The notes beneath the pieces are model-generated. The model saw nothing but the letters and a program-made list of their open reading frames with translations, was not told where the DNA came from and searched no databases. A stretch of 63,972 nt of DNA, counting the filler, from Piptocephalis cylindrospora (lineage: Eukaryota): assembly GCA_003614145.1 (NCBI GenBank). It is 17 parts of 17 records of this genome, joined end to end, with 100 filler letters (N's around TTAATTAATTAA, not from the genome) between each part and the next. Parts side by side here need not be neighbours in the genome. Positions count along the whole stretch, not along the records: positions 7,717 to 11,464 come from KZ988632.1; positions 11,565 to 15,308 come from KZ988633.1; positions 15,409 to 19,149 come from KZ988634.1; positions 19,250 to 22,984 come from KZ988635.1; positions 23,085 to 26,807 come from KZ988636.1; 12 more parts are not named here. One strand, given 5' to 3'. Shown one piece after another: positions 11,216 to 23,948 of the stretch. Made by a program: the position numbers and the translations under genes. Position 1 is the first letter of the stretch, and the number at the start of each line of letters is the position of its first letter.

Positions 11216-11566
11216 GACTTGAGGAACTAATAATAATAAAGAATGCTCTTAGTTTGCGTCCATTTCTTTAGCCTCCATGGCTCCCACCAAAGTATGGGTA
11301 ATCATATACACAAATGATCAGTATTTTTAGCGCGGCCTTTATGCCTATTCCGAGTGGCCTTGGACACCTTCATCCCTAGACAAAGAGTATGGCGTGCGCG
11401 GTTCAAAGTAAGTATGAAGGGTCAGAAAGGAGGTTCCATCAGATCTTGGGAATGCGGTTTCGGTNNNNNNNNNNNNNNNNNNNNNNNNNNNNNNNNNNNN
11501 NNNNNNNNTTAATTAATTAANNNNNNNNNNNNNNNNNNNNNNNNNNNNNNNNNNNNNNNNNNNNCC

Positions 11567-14500
11567 GTCAAGGAAGAGACCGTCGATAGGGCCAAGCGGG
11601 GAGGAAACGATCTCAAGGAGAAGGGGAATACCCATCCATCCGACAATCCCGCCTCCCCTGCCCCCGAAGACGGGACCATCCCCTCCCGTCCGAGCCGTCG
11701 GTCCTCCAGAACCGTCCCTGGCTTGAATTCATCTCCCACCACCAAGCGGGTACGTCCATCCCGGGAAAGATCCGTCAAAATCACCCCTTCCGCCTCCACC
11801 TCCATCCCCATCCCCGAACCCTCTTCATCCCACTACGATGAGGATTCCGATGCTTGGGAAAAGGCAGAGGAGGATATGGTCAATGGACACGACAAGGATC
11901 CTCAAGAAGAGGCTGGGGAGGATGAAGCCCTCAGGCCAGGAAGAGGTCGTGTACGAGGTAGGGGCAGGGGTCGTGCACGGGGTCGAGGACAGGTGAGGGG
12001 CAGGGGTCGTGGGCCAGGAAGGCCACGAGGATCAAAAAAGAGTCTTCTTCAGGAGAATCCGTCCCATAGTCATGACGAAGAGGACTCAACTGTGGAGGAC
12101 AGGGGAGATGAGGAATCCGAAGAAAAGAATGACGAGACCGGTCATACATCCCAGGGGGATGAGGAGGATGTAGCGGATGGTGAAGCTTCAGACGCCGAGG
12201 CAAAAAGACCCCTGGCCATCCGAGGTCGGGGTCGTGGTCGTGGTCGGGGACGAGGCAGAGGCCGTGGTAGGGGTCGGGGTAGGGGGCGAGGACGTGGTCG
12301 AGGCCACTCTAGCTCTGGACGACATGCCTCCACGCACTCTGGAAGGTCCCATGAGGAGGATGAAGGGGAACATGCATCTCATACTCATGATAATTCGGAT
12401 GCTGAATCCTCCTCTTCCTCCTCCTCCGCAGAGTCCGAGATGGAGGATGATACTTGGCCCAAGGAGAAGGTGGATGAAGAAGGGGAGAAGAAATTGGCCG
12501 ATGATGGCACCCTCCTTGACGGCCGTCAGTATACCTTCAACGTCTACACATTCCCCGCTCGACACCCTACCCGTCTGTACGCCTTGGCCGTCGAGGCTGC
12601 CCGCGCCGCTGGCTATCGCGATACCCAGCACATGTCCTCCTCCCACCCTTATATTCGTCGTGTCATCTCCACCCCGGAGGAGCGGGGTCAATTGGTCGAG
12701 GCGGGTCGTCTGGATAAACGCATGAAGCATCGACCCGTCAACCTCGTCGCGGCTAGCTCCATCTTCCGTGCCTTTGGTCATCGTGTCATACTCAATGGCC
12801 GCCCCGGCGAGGATGATTATGGCCCCCCTCCCCCTCCACCCAACGAGGAAGAGCTTGCCGCCGAGGCCGAGGCTGAACGGCTTCGGGAGGAACGTCGGAA
12901 GGAGCGGCGAGAGCAGCGACGTCGTTTCCTCGAACGCACCACCTTCACCGAGGCCTCTGATAGCTTCGGAGATCATGAAGGAGAGGGCGATAGTCGGAGC
13001 GGATGGGTCTTGGCCAGTGACGATGAGCACAGTGCGAGCGGTGGTGGTGGAGGGGGGGGAGGAGGAAGAATGGGGAGGGAGTATCATCTAGACCAACTTT
13101 TCCGGGTCGATGGTGGTAGGAAGCGACGGAGGGACGGATCCCTACGCGATACGCCCCAATTAGAGGAAAACACCCTGCTACACGCGGCCATGCAAGTACG
13201 ACGTTTGGATGTTCGTCTACGTCGGTACAGGTCCACCCGTCCAGGTTACACCGATCCCCACACTACCATCCACCAAGCCTCTGAGCTTAACCAGCCTACC
13301 CGGGTCATCATCCAATTGGATAAACCTAGGGCTACCGACCCCACCCTCCCCGTTGCCCTTCTTCCCGGTCAATGTCAATCCGATGTTTCACTGTAAGTTC
13401 TAATCAAATAAGGGTACTTGAGGACACAAGGTGTAATTAACCTATCCTTCTCCCTTTTAGGTACGGGTCTAGATTTGGTAGGGAGGCTGTGGATGAGGCT
13501 TGGATGGTCCTGGGCTTCCCGGGCTACGGACTTCCCGGAAGCGTGGGCCCACCCCCTCAGCTGGTAGCCGCCATGACTGGGTCCGGGTCGGGGGCAAGCG
13601 GGGTACCAGGCATCGTACCGGGTGGACCCAGTCCGACCGTCCCTGTTCCCGGGGTTACCACCGCCCCTGGCGCCGCCAATATCTCCATGGATCCCAGTGT
13701 CATGGCGGCCCCCATCATCCATAATTACTATGCTCCTCCCCCGTCCATGCGCATGCCCGGTACCTCCAGCCCTCTGGTCCCCTCCCCCATTCTGGCTCAA
13801 CCCGGAAGCCCCGGGGTGGCTTCCGGGAGGAGAGGATCCACTTCTGGGGCCCGAGCCTCCGATAGTCCAAGATCCCCGACTCGTCGACCCTTCCCAGATG
13901 CCCGAAGCCTCCCGAGGGAAAGGCCTAGGTGTGCGTTCACCGGATCAAAGAGAGGCACAGGCAAGGGTTGTAATCGTCTGGTCAATCGCATGGGTGGTAA
14001 GTGGTGCTCGGCCCATGATCCAGAAAGGTGGAGGCCTAGTGGCCAAGCCAAACGCCGAGCCCTACGGGAGGAGGAAGAATGGGGAGGGAGTATCATCTAG
14101 ACCAACTTTTCCGGGTCGATGGTGGTAGGAAGCGACGGAGGGACGGATCCCTACGCGATACGCCCCAATTAGAGGAAAACACCCTGCTACACGCGGCCAT
14201 GCAAGTACGACGTTTGGATGTTCGTCTACGTCGGTACAGGTCCACCCGTCCAGGTTACACCGATCCCCACACTACCATCCACCAAGCCTCTGAGCTTAAC
14301 CAGCCTACCCGGGTCATCATCCAATTGGATAAACCTAGGGCTACCGACCCCACCCTCCCCGTTGCCCTTCTTCCCGGTCAATGTCAATCCGATGTTTCAC
14401 TGTAAGTTCTAATCAAATAAGGGTACTTGAGGACACAAGGTGTAATTAACCTATCCTTCTCCCTTTTAGGTACGGGTCTAGATTTGGTAGGGAGGCTGTG

Positions 14501-15308
14501 GATGAGGCTTGGATGGTCCTGGGCTTCCCGGGCTACGGACTTCCCGGAAGCGTGGGCCCACCCCCTCAGCTGGTAGCCGCCATGACTGGGTCCGGGTCGG
14601 GGGCAAGCGGGGTACCAGGCATCGTACCGGGTGGACCCAGTCCGACCGTCCCTGTTCCCGGGGTTACCACCGCCCCTGGCGCCGCCAATATCTCCATGGA
14701 TCCCAGTGTCATGGCGGCCCCCATCATCCATAATTACTATGCTCCTCCCCCGTCCATGCGCATGCCCGGTACCTCCAGCCCTCTGGTCCCCTCCCCCATT
14801 CTGGCTCAACCCGGAAGCCCCGGGGTGGCTTCCGGGAGGAGAGGATCCACTTCTGGGGCCCGAGCCTCCGATAGTCCAAGATCCCCGACTCGTCGACCCT
14901 TCCCAGATGCCCGAAGCCTCCCGAGGGAAAGGCCTAGGTGTGCGTTCACCGGATCAAAGAGAGGCACAGGCAAGGGTTGTAATCGTCTGGTCAATCGCAT
15001 GGGTGGTAAGTGGTGCTCGGCCCATGATCCAGAAAGGTGGAGGCCTAGTGGCCAAGCCAAACGCCGAGCCCTACGGGAACGGGAAGAGGCAGAGAGGAGG
15101 CGAAGAGCCCAGATGGAACAAGACGATGGGAGGATCCCCGGGCCAGGGATGATGAATGGTACCATTGCCACTGCCACCACCACAGCTGCCAGTTCCTCCG
15201 TGGGTACTGGGATCCTCGGTACCTTACCTGCTCAGCCCCTGACATGTACGGTGTGCCATGCATCGCAAGCCCCGGCCCCCGGGGGACCCGCTGCAGGGAC
15301 CACCTCCT
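11567..15308 (+). CDS. Rsc7/Npl6/Swp82-family chromatin-remodelling subunit with GR repeats and Cys/His fingers; partial at both ends, internally duplicated
   Basis: KVDEEGEKKLADDGTLLDGRQY...AARAAGYRD...IFRAFGHRVILNGRPGEDDY and DPHT...QPT match the Rsc7/Swp82 CRC domain. Intron 13393-13460 joins in frame to the downstream ORF. Confidence 0.75.
13057..15078 (+). repeat. Apparently exact 1009-bp tandem duplication
   Basis: 13057-14069 is repeated at 14066-15078 with GGGA microhomology at the junction. Identical ORFs appear at an offset of 1009. Confidence 0.95.
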
Positions 15309-16418
15309 NNNNNNNNNNNNNNNNNNNNNNNNNNNNNNNNNNNNNNNNNNNNTTAATTAATTAANNNNNNNNNNNNNNNNNNNNNNNNNNNNNNNNNNNN
15401 NNNNNNNNGCGCGATGGATAATGGGTGTAGGGCCGGGATGTATGTGGCAGGTGGAGCTGAGCGGAGACAAAAGCGGAGCCGGTGAGGCTACTGCCACTAT
15501 TGCTGCTGGTCCTGGTGGTCTTGGCCAGCCCAGCCCAGGAGATGTGTGTGCGGAGAGGGAGGAAGTAGTCTACAGAGGTAGTCTACAGAGGTAGAGTGCG
15601 TGCGAGGACGACAGGGTAATGTGAACAGAGCAGAGCGGCGATTGAGACCATCATTGCCATCCCCTCATTCCCAGAGATAATCCTCTATACACATGCACAC
15701 TTTGTGCTCTTCACCCCTGGTAAGCAGGCGCTTGATTGTGTGTCCTGCGCATGACCGGATCCAGAGGAAGATGAACACAAAGGGCTTGATCATTTCTCCC
15801 TGGAGCCTTACTTCTTGCTGTTTCCTCACACCCATTATCCATCGCGCTCCGCGTAAGAAACGGATCAGCTTGCCTAATTCCGCCTTCCATGCACATCAGA
15901 TAAGGAGGAGAGGAAGAGTAATGATAGAAAATCACCCACTATGGTCCCTAATAATAATATGATGCCATGGTGATCAGAGGACGGGAGATGGAAGGTTTAA
16001 AGCTACCTCTCTCTAGTGCACTGCATGAACAGAGGAACGGCTGTCAAATCGGACCTAAATTATATAATTTTTGGCCATACTTTAATAATACTGACAAAGG
16101 GGGGGAGGGGTGGTCGTTGTTAGTGCGACGGGGTGCAGTACTTACTGGGGAAAAGTGCAGATTGTTTTCAAAATATTGACGGCATTTTCAGCCGAGTGAG
16201 GGATCAGAGACACAGCAGACCATCAGTGTCTTTTTTTTCTTCTTTTTCTAGCCTCCCTGTTCAAGACGCACGCACTCCTCACATCATTGACCAAGAGAGA
16301 TATACAAGTCTACAATACTCCAGGGATCAGATACCCACTGGGTTTTTTTTATCTCCTCCTTCCACATCTCCCAAGCTTCCCTCCCCGGTTGCTTGTTCTC
16401 CTCTCTCTTCAATCCCCC

Positions 16419-19149
16419 ATGCCAGAAGCCAATAAAGAGAAAAAGCCTATGGAGCGAACGACCCACTCGAGGTCTACGTTATTTGTCCGGGAGGTGCCTG
16501 AGACGGCAACCTCAGCCGAACTTGAAGAATTCTTTGCCAACATCGGCCCCGTCCGTTCTTGCTTTGTAGTTTCTAACAAGGAGATCCCCGGAAAGAACTT
16601 GGGATATGGATTTGTGCAATAGTAAGTAAAAAAAGAAGAGAGGAGCTGTAAAGGAAGGAATCATATTAAACCTATCTAAATGACCCAATAGTGCCATGCC
16701 GGAGGATGCATCAAGGGCTCTGGAGGAACTGAACGACACAGCGTTTCCCAATGAGGGCGGAAGTCCCCTCACCATGGCCTTTGCCCTTCGAAAGCGCAAG
16801 GATGGGGAGGAGGCCACAGAGGAGCCCAAGGGAAAGAAGGAAGGAATCCTCAGTGGGAAGAAGAAGGACGATAAGTCCAAGGGGGAGGAGAAAGATCCTC
16901 TTGCAGAGAGGACCCTTATCATCCGAAACCTCCCTGCCTCGGTCTCCCGAAAGCAACTGAACGTTCGGGCCCGAAGGTACGGTCGCGTAGTGGATTTGGC
17001 CATTGATGATGCGACCACTGAGGGTACCGACACCAAAGAGGCCCAGATCATCTTTGAGGAAGTGGCCGTTGCTGCCAAGGCCCGTGCCAATCTGCATGGT
17101 CATGTCTACAAAGGAGCCACCCTGGATGTCCGATTAGTGTCTCAGCCTGAGCGGGTGAGTTTCGGACAGCTGTTTTCATGAGAGAGAGATTGTAAAAGTG
17201 AATTGGCGTTGTTTCCATTATCCTAATACTCATCCCTCCTTTTCTCTTTATTCACTAATTCTAGGATATTACGGTGACGGATAGGAAGCATAGATTGATT
17301 ATTCGGAACCTCCCTTTCCAGTACAAAGAGAACGATCTCCGGGCCATGTTTGCCAAATTTGGACCTGTTAGCGAAGCCCACATCCCCACTAAGCCTTCCA
17401 AATTCCCTGGAGGTGCCCCTATTTCCCGAGGATTTGGCTTTGTTCAGTTTGTTTCCAAGGCTGATGCCACGATGGCCCTTGGCAAGATGAATGGTCACAA
17501 ATTGATGCGCCGGGAGATTGTTGTGGATTGGGCCTTGTCCAAGGATACTTTTGAGGCCGCCGAGGCTCAAGAGGAGACTAAGCCCGAGGAGAAAAAGGAA
17601 GAGGAGAACGATGATACCATGGAGGATGTAGAAGAGGAGGAGGAGGAGGAGGAGGAAGAGGAGGGTGAGGATGTTTACATGGATTTAAATTCCACAGATG
17701 AGGAAGATGAGGAAGATGACGATAACGACGACGACAAAGAGCAAGAGGAGGAAAAGGAAGTGACCAAAAAGGTCAATGGTAAGCTATGATGTTGCCCCCC
17801 CTCCCCCCTCTTCTACTTCTCCCCAAAGATACGACCTCACACCCCTCCCATTCAGATCGCCCCCCTTCCCCCGAAACCGGATGCACTTTATTCATCCGAA
17901 ACCTTTCCTATGATACCAAGCAGGATGAGTTGTACACGCTGTTCAAGTCCTTTGGGCCTCTTCGGTATTGCCGGATCACCCTGGACCGGGAATCGGGTAT
18001 GAGCCGCGGTACCGGCTTTGTCTGCTTCTGGCGTCTTGAAGATGCCACCCAATGTCTCAAGGCGGCTGAGGCCGCCGCTGAGGCTGCCCCTACTCTCAAG
18101 GCCATGGTAGGTGTTTAGAAGATGGGCGGGAGATGAGGAGATATAGATTGTACTGCCCCTTCCGTGTCTCCCCTTCATGCAAATGATCATCATAGCCCAC
18201 TACATCAGCGACAGCTTACGCCAAATCGGTTCTTCAAGCAGAGGCTCCTGTGACGGGAGGTGGTCAGTTTATCATTCACGACCGTCTCCTAGCCCTTTCT
18301 GTGGCCGTGCCGCGCGAAGAGGCCTCCAAGCTAGCTGAGGTGGGCCAGAGAAAACGAGAGCGTGAGGACAGGCGTAACATCTACCTGTTACGTGAAGGTT
18401 TAATTACATCCAAGTCCGAGGCGGCCAAGAGCATGACCGAGCTGGAGATCCGGAAGCGAGACGCCTCCTTCACGGCCCGTAAGAAGCTCTTGGCGAATAA
18501 CCCCGACCTATACGTCTCCAAGAAGCGCCTCTCTATCCGCAACCTCCCGGTCCGTGTGGATGACGATGGTCTGCGTAAGCTGGCCACCAGCGCCATTGAC
18601 AAATTCAAGGCTCAGGTTCGAGAAGGAGTACGGGAACATCTTAGTCCCTCAGAGCGTGAAGAGGGCTGGGACAAACGGGCTCGCGTCACCCAGGCCAAGG
18701 TTATTCGGAGCAAGGATCGTGTCGATGCAGCCTCGGGCCTGTCCCGATCGAAGGGTTATGCCTTTGTCGAGTTCACCACCCACTCCCACTCCCTCGCTGC
18801 TCTCCGGTACTTGAACAATAACCCCGATCTCTTTGGTGACCCGAAGCGTCTTCTCGTTGAGTTTTCTCTGGAAAACTCCCAGGTTGTCAAGCGCCGGGAG
18901 GAGCGCAGGGCCCGATCTAGCCTTCCTCAGGACGAAGTCGCTCGGCTTAAGGTCCAGGAGGCTAAAAATCGCACTGAGCGCGCCACCTCTGGCATGAAGC
19001 GGGATAGGGATGAATTGGATGATAGGGATGGGAAGAGACCAAGACGTGATGATTCTTCTGGAAGGGGGGGGGGGGGGAGGGCGGAGGGGTGGGGGGGGGC
19101 GGTGGGGTGTTTGTGGGGGGCCGAGGTGAGGGAGGGGCGGCGCAGGGGG
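16419..19149 (+). CDS. NOP4: Nucleolar multi-RRM protein Nop4/RBM28, 3'-partial (5 exons)
   Basis: Multiple RRMs (TLFVRE..GYGFVQY; LIIRNLPF..RGFGFVQF; TLFIRNL..RGTGFVCF; RLSIRNLP..KGYAFVEF), an acidic linker, DRRNIYLLREG and ALRYLNNNP. Confidence 0.92.
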
Positions 19150-19606
19150 NNNNNNNNNNNNNNNNNNNNNNNNNNNNNNNNNNNNNNNNNNNNTTAATTA
19201 ATTAANNNNNNNNNNNNNNNNNNNNNNNNNNNNNNNNNNNNNNNNNNNNGAATCCGGGAGAGACAGGGAAGAGAGGAGACGGAGAGAGGCACGGGGACCT
19301 CGAGGTAATTCGTGGCAGTGCCGGGGGAGGGATGCTTGGGAGGGGGAGGGACGGAAGAGGCGCGCGAGGAAAGAAGAGGGAGATGACGGTAAAATAGGGC
19401 CATTGCGCAGCACCCTTCCTCATCAAGGTGTGTGGGCGCGCAGTAGTCTGATAATGAGGGGAGAGGACACATCCACACACAAGCTTGGCATGATCCGTAA
19501 GGGACAGAAGATGAGGCGGCTCACCTTGTGTGCGTTTCACAACCTCCTTTGTGTCCTTGTCGTCCATCTCAGCACTGGCCAATCAATCCCTGGTCCTTTA
19601 TTCAGT

Positions 19607-19672
19607 GGGCATGGACATGGGCATGAGCGTGGACATGAGCATGGACATGAGCATGGACATGGACATGGACAT
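19607..19672. repeat. Degenerate hexamer microsatellite (GGACAT/GAGCAT)n, about 11 units
   Basis: GGGCAT GGACAT GGGCAT GAGCGT GGACAT GAGCAT GGACAT GAGCAT GGACAT GGACAT GGACAT. Confidence 0.9.
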
Positions 19673-20478
19673 GTGACAGTAAGAAAAAAAGTGAAAGAAA
19701 GAGCAGGAGCAGGAGGAAGAGCAAGAGAAAGAGAAAGAAAGAGCAATATGATGCTCTTTTCAATCCTTCACACCATCCTGAATGAACGGAAATGTAAATA
19801 GACAACAAATTATCACACATCATTATGTGCAACAACAGACATCTTAATTCTTCTATTAAAAAAAAGCATATCTCTCAGCAGCCCCTGAACGTAGATCCGT
19901 ACAATAAAAGCTAAGCTTCTCTCTCTCTATTAAAAAAAGTAAGCCATTCATCTCGGTAGTCTCGCACGATGTGCTACCCAACATTATTATTATTCTCCTT
20001 CTCCTCCTCCTCTACCCTTCAAGACCACAGCCATCCTACCGATGAATCATGCATTTTTATCTCATCCTCCCTTGATAGATTCGGACGAGGCAGATCCTCT
20101 CCCTATCCTTCTCCGTTTCTGTCGCCCACTCAAGTTATATAGAATCCGCAGCATGTCCCTCGTCGATCTTCCCTACTCACAATAAAGGATAAAGTAATGA
20201 TTTATATATCCAAGACACATCCACACTCCAGCCCTAAATCGTCTGATGCAGCGCACGCCCTCACAGTAGATTGAAGTGTGGCGGTGATGAAGCGTCGTCC
20301 CTCCACATATCACCGACCATCACCGCTAATGTGGTTTGGTATAAATGAACAGGGGCACATCTCGAGAGTCCCTTCCCCACCCTTCCTTTGGGAGTAAAGC
20401 ACCGCATCTCTCTCTTCTCTCCTTACTTCTTTTCCTCCAGTTAGTCCTCCTCTCCTTCCTTCCTGCCTCCCCTCCACC

Positions 20479-22887
20479 ATGCCGCTTCACTCTGCCTTGC
20501 GCTTGTAAGTTCCATGGGGAGGACTCTCACGCCAACCCGCTCATGATCCCTGTGCAGATATACCCATGACGATGCCTACGTCCTCGAACCGGTCCTTCCC
20601 CAGGGACAGACCCCAGAGCAAGCCCTGGTGTGCCACCGCGAATCTGGAAATATTACCCTTTCTCGTACGTAGCTTGATCTTTTTTCCCTCCTGCTTCTGA
20701 CTTATCTTTCTCCTCTTCCTCCTTTTCCTCCTCCCTCTTATAGCCCATGGCTCTTTGCCGTTGAAGCAATTCAATAGCATTGACAATGTCTGGGGGCTGA
20801 TTGGATTCGTGAGACTCCTCTCTGGTTACTATCTCATTGTCATCTCGAAGCGAGAACTCGTGGGAAGATTGGATGATGAACATGACATTTACCGGATCAC
20901 CGGGGCCCGTATCCTGCCCTTTTCCCTCAATGCCCAGAACCTCGAGCAAACCTTGGTAATGACCCATCCTAACGGGGCCTCCGGGCCCGGATCCATTGCT
21001 CCCCTCCTCACCTCACCCCATCTCACCCCATCTCACCTCCCCTTCCTTAGGCCAGTGACGAGGCATTGTACGTGGCCATGCTGGAAAGGATGCTCACCAC
21101 AGGGGTCTTTCATTACTGCACCACCTTGGATCTGACCCAGACCAAGCAAAGGGCTGCGGAGACCCCAGTCGCCTCGGGCACCACCCAGCCCATCGAGGCG
21201 ATGTGGAGGAGGACGGATACGCGCTTCCACTGGAATCATTACTTGCAAACGGCCCTTCGTGAGCTGGCTGGAGCCGGGGTCCCGGTGGACGAGTACATGG
21301 TCCCGGTGGTCAATGGCTTTTTCGAGGTAAGACAAACCGTCATCAATGGTACCTCCCTCACCTTTGGCCTCTTCTCCCGACGCAATCGATTCCGCGCAGG
21401 CACCCGCTTCTTCTCCCGGGGCATTGATGACACGGGTAATGTGTCCAATTACGTTGAAACCGAACAGTTCATCTCCCTCCGTGACTCCCAGGGAGTCTGG
21501 CAACACCAGGCGTACGTCCAGACTCGGGGCAGCATTCCCGTGCGGTGGGCCCAGATCGTCAATCTTAAGTACACCCCCAGACTCCATGTCCCCCCCGCCG
21601 ATTCCCAGACCCTCAAGTGGGGTCGCATGCACTTTGAGGAACAGAAGCGTCTCTACGGTCCTCAGGTCCTCGTTTCCCTCATCAACTCCCATGGGTATGA
21701 AAAGCCCATGGGAGAGGCCTATGGGCAGCTTGTGGAGGAGCTACACGACGATGCCCTTCACTATGTCCCCTTTGACTTTCACAAAGAGTGCTCCAAGATG
21801 CGGTGGCATCGTATCTCCCTCTTGATGGATGCCATCGAGGGAGACCTCTCTTCTGAACGGTGAGCCATCCCTTATCGTCCTGCTTGCTGGTGTGTCGATA
21901 CGCTCATCTCTCTCTTCATGTATAGCTGGTATGCCGGAACTGTGACGCAGGAGGGACTCCAGGTACAGGAAAGACAGGTGGGGATCGTACGGACCAATTG
22001 CATGGATTGTCTAGATAGGACCAATGTGGTCCAGAGTGCCATTGGAAGACTGATCCTTGGAAGACAACTGAGGTCCCTTGGTATCCTTCATCCCGATCAG
22101 GAGATTACCTCGGATGTCGCCTTTGAGTACATGTTCCGGAATGGTAAGTGGAAGGGCGGAAGACAAAGGGAACCATCTTGAGTCTCACACCCCCTCCTAT
22201 CTTGATGCCTCGACGTAGTGTGGGCGGACAATGCGGATGCGGTCAGTATGGCCTACTCGGGCACTGGGGCTCTAAAGACCGATTTTACCCGCACGGGCAA
22301 GCGGAGTCATGCCGGGGCCTTGCAAGATCTGAGGAACTCGGTGGTCCGGTACTTTAAGAACAATTACTACGATGGGCACCGTCAGGTAGGGTCGTGTGGA
22401 GGGTGTGTGTGGTTTAGTTGAACACTCTACCCCGTCTAATCCTCCTCTTTCTCTTCCTCTTCCTCCTCCTCCTCCACTCTCTCCCCAGGACACCTATGAT
22501 ATCTTCCTGGGGAACTTTACCCCGACGATCAGCCATCCATCTCCCTGGAAGGCCGAGCCGACCGTGGTATCCATCCTAATTCCCAGGATCCTCGCCTTCC
22601 TTGGCCTCCTTCTCCTGTGGCAAATCTTCTTCTTCTACGAAAGCCCCTCCTTTTTCCGTACCCTGACCTACGTCACCATCCTCTTGGCTCTAGTTGCCTT
22701 GGCCATCCAGGTGGCCCTGGGTCGGTCGGATGAGTTTGTCGATTGGCCTCGTCTTGTTCAACTGTCCTTCCCCAACGACTCCATGTCTGCTCCTCAAGGA
22801 CATGATCCCAAGGCTCCCATCCCTCCCGTTTCCCCTGGAGATTCCATCCCCATGGGCGATCTTAGTGGTGGGATGAAACGAGAGTAG
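20479..22887 (+). CDS. SAC1: Phosphatidylinositol-4-phosphate phosphatase Sac1 (7 exons)
   Basis: [26 protein letters not shown], catalytic [39 protein letters not shown] and two C-terminal hydrophobic helices. Confidence 0.95.
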
Positions 22888-23084
22888 AGACTGGACGGGA
22901 ATAAAGGACATGCTGGATGGGATCAGAGGTAGTCTTCATTAAGAATCAGCACGGTGATTGACCCTAATATTCACGGTGTGTGTGNNNNNNNNNNNNNNNN
23001 NNNNNNNNNNNNNNNNNNNNNNNNNNNNTTAATTAATTAANNNNNNNNNNNNNNNNNNNNNNNNNNNNNNNNNNNNNNNNNNNN

Positions 23085-23948
23085 CGTCTGGGAGCCAGAG
23101 TTGGAGCCAGAGTTGGAGCCAAAAGACATTTGGGAAGCGTCTTGCTGGGAGTTGGGGTTCGTCCCAAGAGGCATCTGGTTTTGTTGAGTAGACATTTGGT
23201 TTTGTTGAGTAGGCATCTGGTCCCCTTGATTGGTACCGGCGGCATTGCCACCAGATACTGAGCCCTTGGGAACGAGGACGCCATTCTGAAGCACCCAGTC
23301 AGAGTCATCGACGCTGGGGACACTGCTGAGTCCACCTTGGCCATTTTGGCCAGCTCCACCTCCAACGGCACCTCCAGTAGCATCTACACCACCACTACCA
23401 ACGGCACCTCCACTAACATCTCCACTATCCATACCGCTATCACCAGAGGTATCCACAGAGTCATCGGTGACGGGGCCATTTGTACTATTCCCACCATCGG
23501 ACCCTGATTTACTTCCCGAATTGGCCAGGTATAAGGCACCACCAGCTAAAGAGCCGCCAATAAGAGTCCCCTTGACAAGCCTCCTGTTATTCTGATAGAA
23601 AGAACCAGCTTTTCCATGCATAGGCAGAGGTACCGCTTCTGGGGTATGTGGGGCGTTTTGGACAGGAGGATGTGGGGCGTTTTGGACAGGAGGATGTGGA
23701 TTGTTTTGGACAGGAGGATGTGGGGTGTTTTGGACAGGGGCACGTGTAGTGGCCTGGACAGTAGAGGCCTGTGGGGCGGCTGGCTTGGATTTAAAAGCAG
23801 AGCCAATCTTACTTCCGAGACTGCTGACCTTATTTCCCACACTACTGAACGCCCTCGAAACACTACTGGGGACGATACCCGCCTCCGTCTCAGGAGTGAT
23901 AGCAGTGCAGATGATGGCCATAAGGAAGATGGAGCGATGAACTTGCAT
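23085..23948 (-). CDS. Putative secreted, repeat-rich protein of unknown function, 3'-partial
   Basis: Signal-peptide-like N-terminus (MQVHRSIFLMAIICTAITPETEA), four PVQN(T/N/A)PH(P/T) repeats, a hydrophobic Gly-rich segment, and Gly/Ser/Asp- and Gln-rich repeats. Confidence 0.7.

Noticed and set aside
12188..13087. Long antisense ORFs (also 51666-52742, 21033-21692, 2747-3310)
   Set aside because: They are shadows of GC-rich or repetitive sense-strand coding sequence, with no independent motifs.
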